Origin: Bacilli bacterium
GTDB lineage: Bacteria > Bacillota_I > Bacilli_A > ML615J-28 > CAG-698
Length of the DNA: 56,335 nucleotides
Assembly (NCBI GenBank): GCA_050177775.1
Contig: JBFXGS010000001.1
Location: forward strand, 1-56,335
Reading direction: 5' to 3'
This document shows positions 27,775 to 36,062 of this stretch, one piece after another. Below the pieces are notes generated by a model, which saw nothing but the letters and a program-made list of their open reading frames with translations, was not told the origin of the DNA and ran no database searches. Position numbers and translations under genes: made by a program. The stretch's first letter is position 1, and each line of letters opens with the position of its first letter.

Positions 27775-28737
27775 ATGTCACTTACTGTTTTAGCAATTCC
27801 AACTTATGATAGTCGGGCTTTCGATGTCCGCCGTTTTATTCATCCACCCATTTTTGATGGCATTATCGACCAAGAAAAAAAGCCGCCGCAACCACCCGCT
27901 TGCTTTTTAGGAGCATGGTATCGCAAGGTGTTTTCCTCGTTTGATTCTTGGTTGGGAATTGAGGGCGTGATTGAACTTGGTGAATTTACTCCCGATGAAG
28001 CGCGCTTTAATCTTGACGGTAAAGGGCGATACATGGATGTCCCAAGCATTTATATGGGGGGAAAAAGTGCATTCGAGAGTGATGCCGGACTGGGTTTAGG
28101 ACCAACATATTTAACAGGTGATTTTTCGGCGGAGTTGTCAGGCTCCAGTCCCAAAATGGCTTACCGCCCGTTTTGGCGTTTTATCTATCAAGATGCAATG
28201 GAAATATCTGGAAATGTAAAACGTCGCGAGATTAATTCATGGAATGTCTCGGATCCAAGAAGTGTTATCTATAACTACTTTCCCGGCGATGTTTTAAGAA
28301 TGAGCGTCTATAGTCCGATTAAGGATTATTTACAATTGCATATTGAAGTAATTAAAACAACAACCATTCCCAAATATGTGAACATTAGAAAACAATACCA
28401 TTTGGTAAATGATCGTCCCGATGATTTTTTTAGTCCCATCTTTTTATCAAAAGGACATGGGTACAAAGATGCAGAATTTAAAAGAGTCAATGCCATCGAT
28501 CAATTTGGCAATGAAGGATTTCACGCGAAACCGACGAAAGCCGAAGTATCAAAAGCGACTTGGCATGAAACCTATTTATATCGGATGCTAGATGGGGAAA
28601 TAAAAAGAGTTCCTTTTTCAAAAGCAAGACAAACAAGTATGATTTGTCCCAATGTGGAAGCGGTTAATGTTGAACTAATCAACCCAGATATGGGAAGCGA
28701 GGCCATAACCATTCAACCAGGTAAAATTAAGGGGTAA
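27775..28737 (+). CDS. Orphan 320-aa cytoplasmic protein, paralogue A (family unassigned)
   Basis: No signal peptide or TM helix. Roughly 60 percent identical by eye to the 35090-36052 product. GGGGGA RBS. Confidence 0.6.
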   Translation: MSLTVLAIPTYDSRAFDVRRFIHPPIFDGIIDQEKKPPQPPACFLGAWYRKVFSSFDSWLGIEGVIELGEFTPDEARFNLDGKGRYMDVPSIYMGGKSAFESDAGLGLGPTYLTGDFSAELSGSSPKMAYRPFWRFIYQDAMEISGNVKRREINSWNVSDPRSVIYNYFPGDVLRMSVYSPIKDYLQLHIEVIKTTTIPKYVNIRKQYHLVNDRPDDFFSPIFLSKGHGYKDAEFKRVNAIDQFGNEGFHAKPTKAEVSKATWHETYLYRMLDGEIKRVPFSKARQTSMICPNVEAVNVELINPDMGSEAITIQPGKIKG

Positions 28738-28751
28738 AGGGGAAAATATTT

Positions 28752-30455
28752 ATGAATTTTAATGAGAAAACTTATATCTGTAAAGATGTTTATACGATTG
28801 ACGGCATCTTAAACTTTATCGGAAAAATCCCCGTTGATATCAACGGGAGAACAGTCACTTATAAAATGTATGCCAATTATCATGAACTGTTAGACAAGAA
28901 TGTTTTTGAGATAAAAAGCCAAGGAATTCGTTTATATGTTCACTTTGATGAAAAAATAAAACCAGATGGTTATTCGATAAACATTACCACAGAAAATAAA
29001 ATAATCATTAAAGTCGCCAATAACCGCGGGATTCGTTATGCTTTTAAAATGCTCAATGACCTTGTGAAAAAAACAAAACAAGGTTTTACGCTTCCAATTA
29101 TCTTAATTGAAGATGAACCTTCTTTTTCGGTTAGAGGGATTGTGGAAGGATATTATGGGGAACCATGGACTTTAGATGAACATCTTGATATGGCTGATTT
29201 TATGGATCAATATCGGTTGAATGCGTTTATGTACGCTCCCAAAACAGATCCATATCATCGCGATAAATGGTTTGAATTATATCCGGATGATCTTTTTTCC
29301 ACGCTTTGTTCAGTGAAAGACAAATTAGAGAGTAAGGATATTGATTTCTATTATTGCATTTCACCAGGCCATGCCAAGAAACCTGAAGACGGATTTAAAT
29401 ATGTCGGTGATGAAGATTTCGAAAGACTGTTTAATAAATTAAGACAAGTTATCGACATTGGCGTCAATCACTTCGGTTTGTTCTTAGATGATATTGATTA
29501 TCAACTGAGCGGAGAAAACCAACGAATTTTTAAACGGCCGGGAATTGCTCATGCCCATATTTGCAATAAAGTATATGATTTCTTAAAGGAAAACGTCCTT
29601 GACCCAACTCTGGTTATGTGTCCAACCGAATATCATCAAATTGGTCAGACCGAATACCGCCATGATTTAAAAGAATATTTAGATGATGAAATTGTAGTGT
29701 TTTGGACAGGAGATCGGGTTTGTGCTGAAGCAATTACAGAAAATGAGGCTAAAGAAACATTAGAAGCCTATGAAAAACCTATTTTTATTTGGGACAATTT
29801 TCCTGTTAGTGATTTTACATATGGAGTTAGAGAGTTTATTGCTCCGATTAAGAATCGATCCGCTAACTTAGGAGCCTATGCCGAAGGGTTCTTTATTAAT
29901 CCAAGCCTTCATTATCATATTTCAAAAATGGGGATGATTACGATGGCTCATTATGCTTGGAATACTTCCCACTATGATCCGGAAAAATCTTTTGAAATAG
30001 CGCTTAATAGTGTAAGTCGAGAATTTGCAAATTTAGGTCAAGCTTATTTTAATTATAATTATCCAAATGTTCTCTCCCATGGAAACCTAGAAATGGAAAA
30101 ACAAATGGTTGAAAACCATGATTATCCCGCCATTATAAATTATATGCAAGATATGTCTAAGAGTGCAAAAGCTTTATTGACCCTTAAAGAACCTATAATT
30201 GATGAATTGAAACCATGGTTACAAAGAGCTGTGGAAGAAGAAATAATGGTGAAAAAAATAATAGAAGGAAAAATTGTTAAACAAGAGTTGTTGGCCTTTT
30301 TTGAAAACATCAAGTTTTCAGGCGGAAAAATCCTTGATTATTTAATCGCTGATTTAAAACTATTTAGTGATGAAGAATATAGCACGCTCATTGCCAAAAG
30401 AAGAGGTGGAGAATGGTACCGCGTTTTTGAATATAAACGTTGGTCCAACCATTAA
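28752..30455 (+). CDS. GH84 family beta-N-acetylglucosaminidase (O-GlcNAcase/NagJ-like), cytoplasmic
   Basis: 567 aa. Motifs RGIVEGYYGEPWT, YAPKTDPYHRDKW, FGLFLDDIDY (catalytic DD), CPTEYH, FWTGDRV and IWDNFPVSDF. No signal peptide. Confidence 0.85.
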   Translation: MNFNEKTYICKDVYTIDGILNFIGKIPVDINGRTVTYKMYANYHELLDKNVFEIKSQGIRLYVHFDEKIKPDGYSINITTENKIIIKVANNRGIRYAFKMLNDLVKKTKQGFTLPIILIEDEPSFSVRGIVEGYYGEPWTLDEHLDMADFMDQYRLNAFMYAPKTDPYHRDKWFELYPDDLFSTLCSVKDKLESKDIDFYYCISPGHAKKPEDGFKYVGDEDFERLFNKLRQVIDIGVNHFGLFLDDIDYQLSGENQRIFKRPGIAHAHICNKVYDFLKENVLDPTLVMCPTEYHQIGQTEYRHDLKEYLDDEIVVFWTGDRVCAEAITENEAKETLEAYEKPIFIWDNFPVSDFTYGVREFIAPIKNRSANLGAYAEGFFINPSLHYHISKMGMITMAHYAWNTSHYDPEKSFEIALNSVSREFANLGQAYFNYNYPNVLSHGNLEMEKQMVENHDYPAIINYMQDMSKSAKALLTLKEPIIDELKPWLQRAVEEEIMVKKIIEGKIVKQELLAFFENIKFSGGKILDYLIADLKLFSDEEYSTLIAKRRGGEWYRVFEYKRWSNH

Positions 30456-30464
30456 GGAAGCCTT

Positions 30465-31133
30465 ATGATGATGGAAAAAATAAAAAATCAGTTAATTGTT
30501 TCTTGTCAAGCTAAAGATAATGAACCATTAAAAGATCCAATGATTATGGCAAAGATGGCAGCATCGGCACTACTTGGGGGAGCAAAAGGCATTAGGGCAG
30601 CGGGCGTTGAAGATATTAAAGCCATTAAAGCATTTAACGATACGCTTGTTATCGGTTTAATAAAACGAAATTACCCTGATTCTGAAGTTTACATTACACC
30701 AACCAAAGTTGAAGTTTTAAAGTTGGTTGAAAGTGGTTGTGAAATAATTGCTCTCGATGGAACAAATCGTCACCGCCCCAATCAAGAAACTTTGGTAAGT
30801 TTAATCGTATTAATCCATGCCAACAATCGTTTAGCCATGGCAGATATTTCAACATTTGAAGAAGCTTTAATGGCGCAACAAGCAGGTGCTGATTGTATTT
30901 CCACAACTTTATCGGGATACACAAGTTATTCAAAGCAACAAGCGGGGCCTGATTTAAAATTACTTAGTAAATGTGTTGCAAAATTACAAATACCCGTGAT
31001 TGCGGAAGGACGGATTCGTAACCCTCAAGATTTGAAACGCGTTTTAAAGAAAAAACCTTTTGCAGTTGTCATCGGAACAGCGATTACGAGACCTTCAGAA
31101 ATCACCAAAACATTTGTGGAGTGCTTCAAATGA
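30465..31133 (+). CDS. nanE: N-acetylmannosamine-6-phosphate 2-epimerase
   Basis: 222 aa with the NanE pattern (LIVSCQA..EPL, IALDGT, ADIST, TTLSGYT, IAEGRI, VVIGTAITRP). Confidence 0.88.
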   Translation: MMMEKIKNQLIVSCQAKDNEPLKDPMIMAKMAASALLGGAKGIRAAGVEDIKAIKAFNDTLVIGLIKRNYPDSEVYITPTKVEVLKLVESGCEIIALDGTNRHRPNQETLVSLIVLIHANNRLAMADISTFEEALMAQQAGADCISTTLSGYTSYSKQQAGPDLKLLSKCVAKLQIPVIAEGRIRNPQDLKRVLKKKPFAVVIGTAITRPSEITKTFVECFK

Positions 31134-32773
31134 ACCGAAAAACTATTGTAGATTCAACCCATGATATATTGGCTTTTTGGAATCGTGAATTTGCGAACAA
31201 CTATCCTATTTCCGAACGCTTATTTAAAGAAAAGATTCTTAATTCAAAGGAAGTTGCTTTGGACGGATCGTATTCACTATATGACCAGGAAGAGTATATT
31301 GGCAGCGTTATTCTAAAATTTAACCAAATTAATGATAAAAAGCTTCAAGATAATGCTTATATTTCCTTTTTATTTGTGAATCCCAAATTTCGTAACCGCG
31401 GGTATGGTTCCCTTTTTATCAGTGATGTAATTCGTATTTGTATTGAAAATGAAAAATCAATGCTATACGTCGGCGGAGACAATGATTGTTTATTTTCGGG
31501 TGTTTTTTTAGATAACAATGATTTCGTTCATCAATTTTTTAAGGACCATCGGTTTAACATTGCTTATAAAAATTATAACTTAATATGTAAAACCTCACCC
31601 CAAGTACCAAATGATGAATATGAATATTCCACTTTAAAAACAGAAGAAGAACGAAACGAATTATTAAAACAAGTTCGCAAATTGTTTCCATCGCGTTGGC
31701 ATTATGATATTCAGAATTGTGAGCCGCAAGCGTTCTTCGTTGCGAAAGAAAACAAGGTAATTGTCGGGTTCGTTCGGTTAAACACTCCGCTTTTTTCACA
31801 AATTGCCAATAGTGTTAATACTTACCCTTTGTACAAAATGCTGGGAGGGATTGGACCGGTAGCCATTTTTCCCGAGAAAAAAGGCTCGGAACTAGCCAAC
31901 AACATCGTAAAACAAGCCGTAAAACATTTGTTTGATTTGGGTTGTTCAGAGGTAATAGTTGACTGGACAAACTTTATTGATTTCTTCAAGCAATCAGGAT
32001 TTTCCAATGTATCTAACTCCTATGTTCTTTACGAGATGCGCATTCGTGAAAAAATAAAAGGACCAAAAACGCATATCTATCAAGTTATCGAAAATGATTT
32101 GCGGCATGAAATCCTTGAAGGAAAATATAAACACGGGGACATTATTCCAAGTGAGGTGGAATTAGCGGCCACGTATAAAGTGACGAGAATGACTGTTCGT
32201 CAAGCCATTAGTAATTTGCTAATTGACGGCTTTCTTTATCGACATAAAGGCCGCGGGACTTTTGTAACTTACAACAAGCGGAACATTGATTTTGAGGATA
32301 AACCTTTCTTTTCTTTCACAAATGATAAAAATAATAACGGGGAATTAAGAACGACGGTTTTACTCTTTGAAATTAGAGCCGCTGATGAATTATTAGCCTT
32401 ACGTTTACAACTAAAATTAGGGGATCCTCTCTATTATGTGGAAAGACTGACTGCCCTAGAAAATAAGCCGTTGCTATTTGAAAGACTTTATCTTCCTGCT
32501 AATATGTATAATAATTTAAGCGTTGAAGTCTTTCAAAAATCATTTTATGAATATGCAAAAAACGAATTGCATTGGAATTTACTTTCCTACAATATCCATA
32601 TTGAGGCCAGAGGATTAAGTGGTCGAGCTGCGGAAGTGTTGCAATTATCAACGGGAGATCCAACTCTTTATTGCAGCAGTGTGACTCATTTAGCGAATGG
32701 ACGCGCCATTCTTTATTCTCGAACTTTCTTCAATGCCGAACAAGTAAACTTTTCTCATCAATTTTCTTGTTAA
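31130..32773 (+). CDS. Fusion protein: tandem GNAT-like domains + GntR/HutC-family wHTH + UTRA effector domain
   Basis: N-terminal roughly 310 aa has two GNAT-like cores (FVNPKFRNRGYGSLF; GPVAIFPEKKGSELANNIV). This is followed by IYQVIENDLRHEILEGKYKHGDIIPSEVELAATYKVTRMTVRQAISNLLIDGFLYRHKGRGTFV and a UTRA-like C-terminus. ATGA overlap with the nanE stop. Confidence 0.8.
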   Translation: MNRKTIVDSTHDILAFWNREFANNYPISERLFKEKILNSKEVALDGSYSLYDQEEYIGSVILKFNQINDKKLQDNAYISFLFVNPKFRNRGYGSLFISDVIRICIENEKSMLYVGGDNDCLFSGVFLDNNDFVHQFFKDHRFNIAYKNYNLICKTSPQVPNDEYEYSTLKTEEERNELLKQVRKLFPSRWHYDIQNCEPQAFFVAKENKVIVGFVRLNTPLFSQIANSVNTYPLYKMLGGIGPVAIFPEKKGSELANNIVKQAVKHLFDLGCSEVIVDWTNFIDFFKQSGFSNVSNSYVLYEMRIREKIKGPKTHIYQVIENDLRHEILEGKYKHGDIIPSEVELAATYKVTRMTVRQAISNLLIDGFLYRHKGRGTFVTYNKRNIDFEDKPFFSFTNDKNNNGELRTTVLLFEIRAADELLALRLQLKLGDPLYYVERLTALENKPLLFERLYLPANMYNNLSVEVFQKSFYEYAKNELHWNLLSYNIHIEARGLSGRAAEVLQLSTGDPTLYCSSVTHLANGRAILYSRTFFNAEQVNFSHQFSC

Positions 32774-32775
32774 CT

Positions 32776-32798
32776 AGTGCCATTAAATGGCACTTTTT
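32776..32798 (+). terminator. Intrinsic terminator ending the first operon
   Basis: AGTGCCAT-TAA-ATGGCACT hairpin followed by TTTT. Confidence 0.75.
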
Positions 32799-32802
32799 CA
32801 AT

Positions 32803-32836
32803 TTGTATATACAAGTTATTTTTTAAATGGTATAAT
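32803..32836 (+). promoter_or_regulatory. Promoter of the second operon with a perfect 12-bp palindrome operator candidate
   Basis: TTGTATATACAA (32803-32814) is a perfect palindrome overlapping the -35 region. TATAAT lies at 32831-32836. Confidence 0.6.
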
Positions 32837-32855
32837 TAAAAAAAGGAAGAGAAAT

Positions 32856-35090
32856 ATGAGGAAAATTTTTATGGCTTTTTTGTTAGCAACGCTTTTATCC
32901 GGGGTTAGTATTAATGCCGAAACCACTGCCATTGTTGATGATTTTTTAAACGGGAAGGATGTGGTCCGCTATGAAAACTATTTGGTTTATTATAGTTTCA
33001 ATTCGACTTTAAAATCACCTGCAAACCAATGGGGATATGAAATTGCGGTTAGCAGTAATCACTTTGTGATTGATTGTGACACAAACGCAACCATGGAAAC
33101 AGGAGGATATATCATATCCGGGCATGGGACGAAAAAAACGACGTTGCAAAATGTCAAAGTTGGTGATCAAGTTAGTATCAATTGGGAAACTAAACAAATC
33201 GTGATTACGCGCGATAGTTTGAAAAGCCCGCAATTTTTAGCTCATCGTTTTAAAACAACCTCGGAAAACTATTACAATCAAGCAATCGAGGGCGGATATG
33301 ACTTTAACAGAACGCTTGTTGAACATATGCTTAATTTAAATGATAATGATTTACTGCAGATTGATGCCATCGTTGAAAAAGAAAGTCCCACAAGCAATGA
33401 AATTGATTTGGTTAAGATACTGGCTGATGGCATTGATGCTAGGATGCTATCCATCAAGTTTTTAACTTCTTTCTCTTCAACTACGGAAATTAGAGCTTTA
33501 TGGCATCGACCCAATGCGGCAGGCATTAAAGAGAACAACTTAGAAAATTTAAAGGCGTTTGTGCAAGAAGTAAAGGACCTTGGGTTTAATACCATTTTTG
33601 TGGAGACGCTTTGGAATGGATATGTCAGTTATCGGTCGGATATCATTGCTACGCATCCGCAAGTTGCTAATTTTACCTATGGTGAAGAATATAAAAACGA
33701 TTATATTGCGGCTTTAATTGGTGAAAGTCAAAAATTAGGCATTGATGTTCATGCTTGGTGCCACACCTTTAATGCGGGGAATGCAACCTACAAAGCCACT
33801 TCCATTAAAGATGAATGGTTATTGGAAGATTATCAAGGACTTACTTTACATCCAAATAGTTATGGAGGCAGTTATTATTTAGATCCATCTAATCCGGAGG
33901 TACTGACTTACTTGACAAGCGTTTTTTCGGAAATGGTTGAAAAATACGATTTTGCGGGAATTCAATTAGATTACATACGTTATTATGATAATAATTATTT
34001 ACAAACGCCGATTCGTGATAGTGGTTACGGATTACTCCCGGAAACACAATTTAAAACAGAATATTCATTAACCGGTGATGTTCGAACCCTCATTAAACAA
34101 AACACCTATTTGGAATTATGGAATGAATGGCGCCAAAACAATGTAACCAATGCTGTTCGAACTTTTTCTTCGGCTTTAAGAAGGCTTAATCCGCAGATCA
34201 TCATATCCGCGGATGTTGTTTCGAGTATCAATTATGCGAAAAGTACATATATGCAAGACTGGAAAACATGGGTTGAAAAAGGATACATTGATTTATTATG
34301 CCCAATGATTTATACCGGAAGTGCCGAAACTATTGAAAAAGACTCGTTAGCGATAATGAATCAAATAAAAAACCTTTCGTTTTTAGCTTCAGGGATTGCT
34401 CCAATTTATTATGGGCATTCGTTAGAAATCAATCATGATGAATTCGTCGCAACAAAAAGCGGCGATGGTTTAGCCTTTTTTGCAAGCCAAAACATCGTTG
34501 GATTAAGTGATGTTACTCAATCAATTAAAACAGGGGTTTTTAGAAACACGGCAGTATCTCCGCTTCGAGAAACCAAATTGGTTATCACAGAAGCTTTGTT
34601 GAACTTGAAAAGCTATGTTGAAAAGGCGATGGCGAATGAACCGCAACAATTAATGTTTTTAAACCATGTCGAAGAAATGATGACAATGAAGTGTGATAAC
34701 CCGGCTGATTATCAAGCCCTTATGGAAAAAATGATTTTTGTAAGAACGATAACTCCGTACATCTCTTCTTCTTCAATGCGAGAAATATTCTCACAAGAAT
34801 TAACTCAATTAATTCATATTCTTGATGTGAAAATAAGTCGAGAAATGATTGCTTATGGTTTTTATAACCCTGATGATGAAGAAAGGCCCAATCCGGATCA
34901 ATTTGATTACCCAATCGATAATCCAGAACCCGAACCTGAACCGAAACCCGAGCCGGAACCAGAACCGGAACCCGAGCCTGAACCAGAGCCGGATGAAGAA
35001 AAAGGTTGTTTTAAAGTGTTTTCGTTTCCTTCTGTTTTGCTTCTTGGATTAATTTTTATCTTTATTCGAAAAAAAGAAAGAGGTTATTAA
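32856..35090 (+). CDS. Secreted, C-terminally anchored GHL10 (DUF187/YngK-like) glycoside-hydrolase-like protein
   Basis: Signal peptide MRKIFMAFLLATLLSGVSINA. GHL10-like core RALWHRPNAAGIKENNLENLKAFVQEVKDLGFNTIFVETLWNGYVSY ... GIQLDYIRY. C-terminal PE repeat, KGC, TM helix and RKKERGY tail. Start trimmed to ATG 32856. Confidence 0.75.
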   Translation: MRKIFMAFLLATLLSGVSINAETTAIVDDFLNGKDVVRYENYLVYYSFNSTLKSPANQWGYEIAVSSNHFVIDCDTNATMETGGYIISGHGTKKTTLQNVKVGDQVSINWETKQIVITRDSLKSPQFLAHRFKTTSENYYNQAIEGGYDFNRTLVEHMLNLNDNDLLQIDAIVEKESPTSNEIDLVKILADGIDARMLSIKFLTSFSSTTEIRALWHRPNAAGIKENNLENLKAFVQEVKDLGFNTIFVETLWNGYVSYRSDIIATHPQVANFTYGEEYKNDYIAALIGESQKLGIDVHAWCHTFNAGNATYKATSIKDEWLLEDYQGLTLHPNSYGGSYYLDPSNPEVLTYLTSVFSEMVEKYDFAGIQLDYIRYYDNNYLQTPIRDSGYGLLPETQFKTEYSLTGDVRTLIKQNTYLELWNEWRQNNVTNAVRTFSSALRRLNPQIIISADVVSSINYAKSTYMQDWKTWVEKGYIDLLCPMIYTGSAETIEKDSLAIMNQIKNLSFLASGIAPIYYGHSLEINHDEFVATKSGDGLAFFASQNIVGLSDVTQSIKTGVFRNTAVSPLRETKLVITEALLNLKSYVEKAMANEPQQLMFLNHVEEMMTMKCDNPADYQALMEKMIFVRTITPYISSSSMREIFSQELTQLIHILDVKISREMIAYGFYNPDDEERPNPDQFDYPIDNPEPEPEPKPEPEPEPEPEPEPEPDEEKGCFKVFSFPSVLLLGLIFIFIRKKERGY
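34924..34992 (+). repeat. Imperfect GAACCN hexanucleotide repeat encoding a (Pro-Glu)n linker
   Basis: Encodes PEPEPEPKPEPEPEPEPEPEPEP. A similar tract lies at 39367-39420. Confidence 0.85.
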
Positions 35091-36052
35091 TGAGCTTAAC
35101 AATAAAAGTAATACCGACTTTAGACAGTCAATATGTCGATAGTCGCAAGTTTCAAAACGCCAAAATTTATTATGGAAGTATCGACAATGAAATAAAAGCT
35201 CCCATTTCACCAAAGTGTTTTTTAGGAGCTTGGTACCGAAAAGTTTTTTCATCCTTTGACTATTGGCTTGGAATAGAAGGAGTTATAAAACTGGGAGAAT
35301 TTATTCCTGACAAAGCCCGTTTTAATCTTGATGGAAAAGGCCGATTTATGGATAATCCTTCAATATATATGGGTGGAAAGAGCCAAAAAGAAAGCGATGC
35401 TGGCCTAAACTTAAATCTTTCTTATCTTTCGTTTGATACCAAAGATGATTTGCAATTATCTTCGCCTAAAGTGGCTTACCGTCCTTTTTGGCGTTACATT
35501 TACAATATGGCAACGGATGAAAGCGGAAATGTGGATCGTCATGAAGTTAATTCATGGAACGTTCATAATCCCCGTCATTTGGGAAATTATTATTTTCCGG
35601 GTGATGTAATTAAAATGAGCGTATTTAGTCCGTTGAGGGACTATTTACAATTGCGAATTGATGTCATCGAACCGACCAACAATCCTAAATATGTGAAAAT
35701 ACGCAATAATTACAATTTGGAAAACAATTTACCAACATCATTTTTAAGTCCGCTGTTCTTTTCCAAAGGACATGGTTACGAAAAAGCAGAATTTAAAAGA
35801 GTGAACTCCATTGACCAATATGGCAACGAAGGATTTGTTGCCCAAAATACTAATGCTGAAGTTACGGAGGCTCTGTGGCAAGAAGTGTATTTATATCGGG
35901 AGATTAATGGGGAGATTTGTAAAATACCTTTTTTACAAAATCGCCAAACATCCATGATTTGTCCAAATACAGATGCGATAACCGTAAGGAATCATCCTTT
36001 TGACCCAACTGGGGAAACCATACAAATTCATCCCGGGAAAATTAATCTTTAG
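35090..36052 (+). CDS. Orphan 320-aa cytoplasmic protein, paralogue B
   Basis: Same length and colinear blocks as 27775-28737 (CFLGAWYRKVFSSFD, WLGIEGVI, ARFNLDGKGR, SIYMGGKS, AYRPFWR, FPGDV..MSV, SKGHGY..AEFKRVN, RQTSMICPN). TAATG overlap with the upstream stop. Confidence 0.6.
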   Translation: MSLTIKVIPTLDSQYVDSRKFQNAKIYYGSIDNEIKAPISPKCFLGAWYRKVFSSFDYWLGIEGVIKLGEFIPDKARFNLDGKGRFMDNPSIYMGGKSQKESDAGLNLNLSYLSFDTKDDLQLSSPKVAYRPFWRYIYNMATDESGNVDRHEVNSWNVHNPRHLGNYYFPGDVIKMSVFSPLRDYLQLRIDVIEPTNNPKYVKIRNNYNLENNLPTSFLSPLFFSKGHGYEKAEFKRVNSIDQYGNEGFVAQNTNAEVTEALWQEVYLYREINGEICKIPFLQNRQTSMICPNTDAITVRNHPFDPTGETIQIHPGKINL

Positions 36053-36062
36053 GAGAAAAGGC

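Noticed and set aside
31130-32773. GNAT-GntR gene as a pseudogene or frameshift fusion of two genes
   Set aside because: The reading frame is continuous through the junction with no stop or obvious indel signature, and both halves look intact. It is kept as a genuine fusion, pending resequencing.
34924-34992. Possible CRISPR array or microsatellite locus at the GAACCN repeats (also 39367-39420)
   Set aside because: The period is 6 nt, in frame and inside CDSs, encoding Pro-Glu linkers. There is no spacer-repeat architecture. No CRISPR array exists anywhere in the window.
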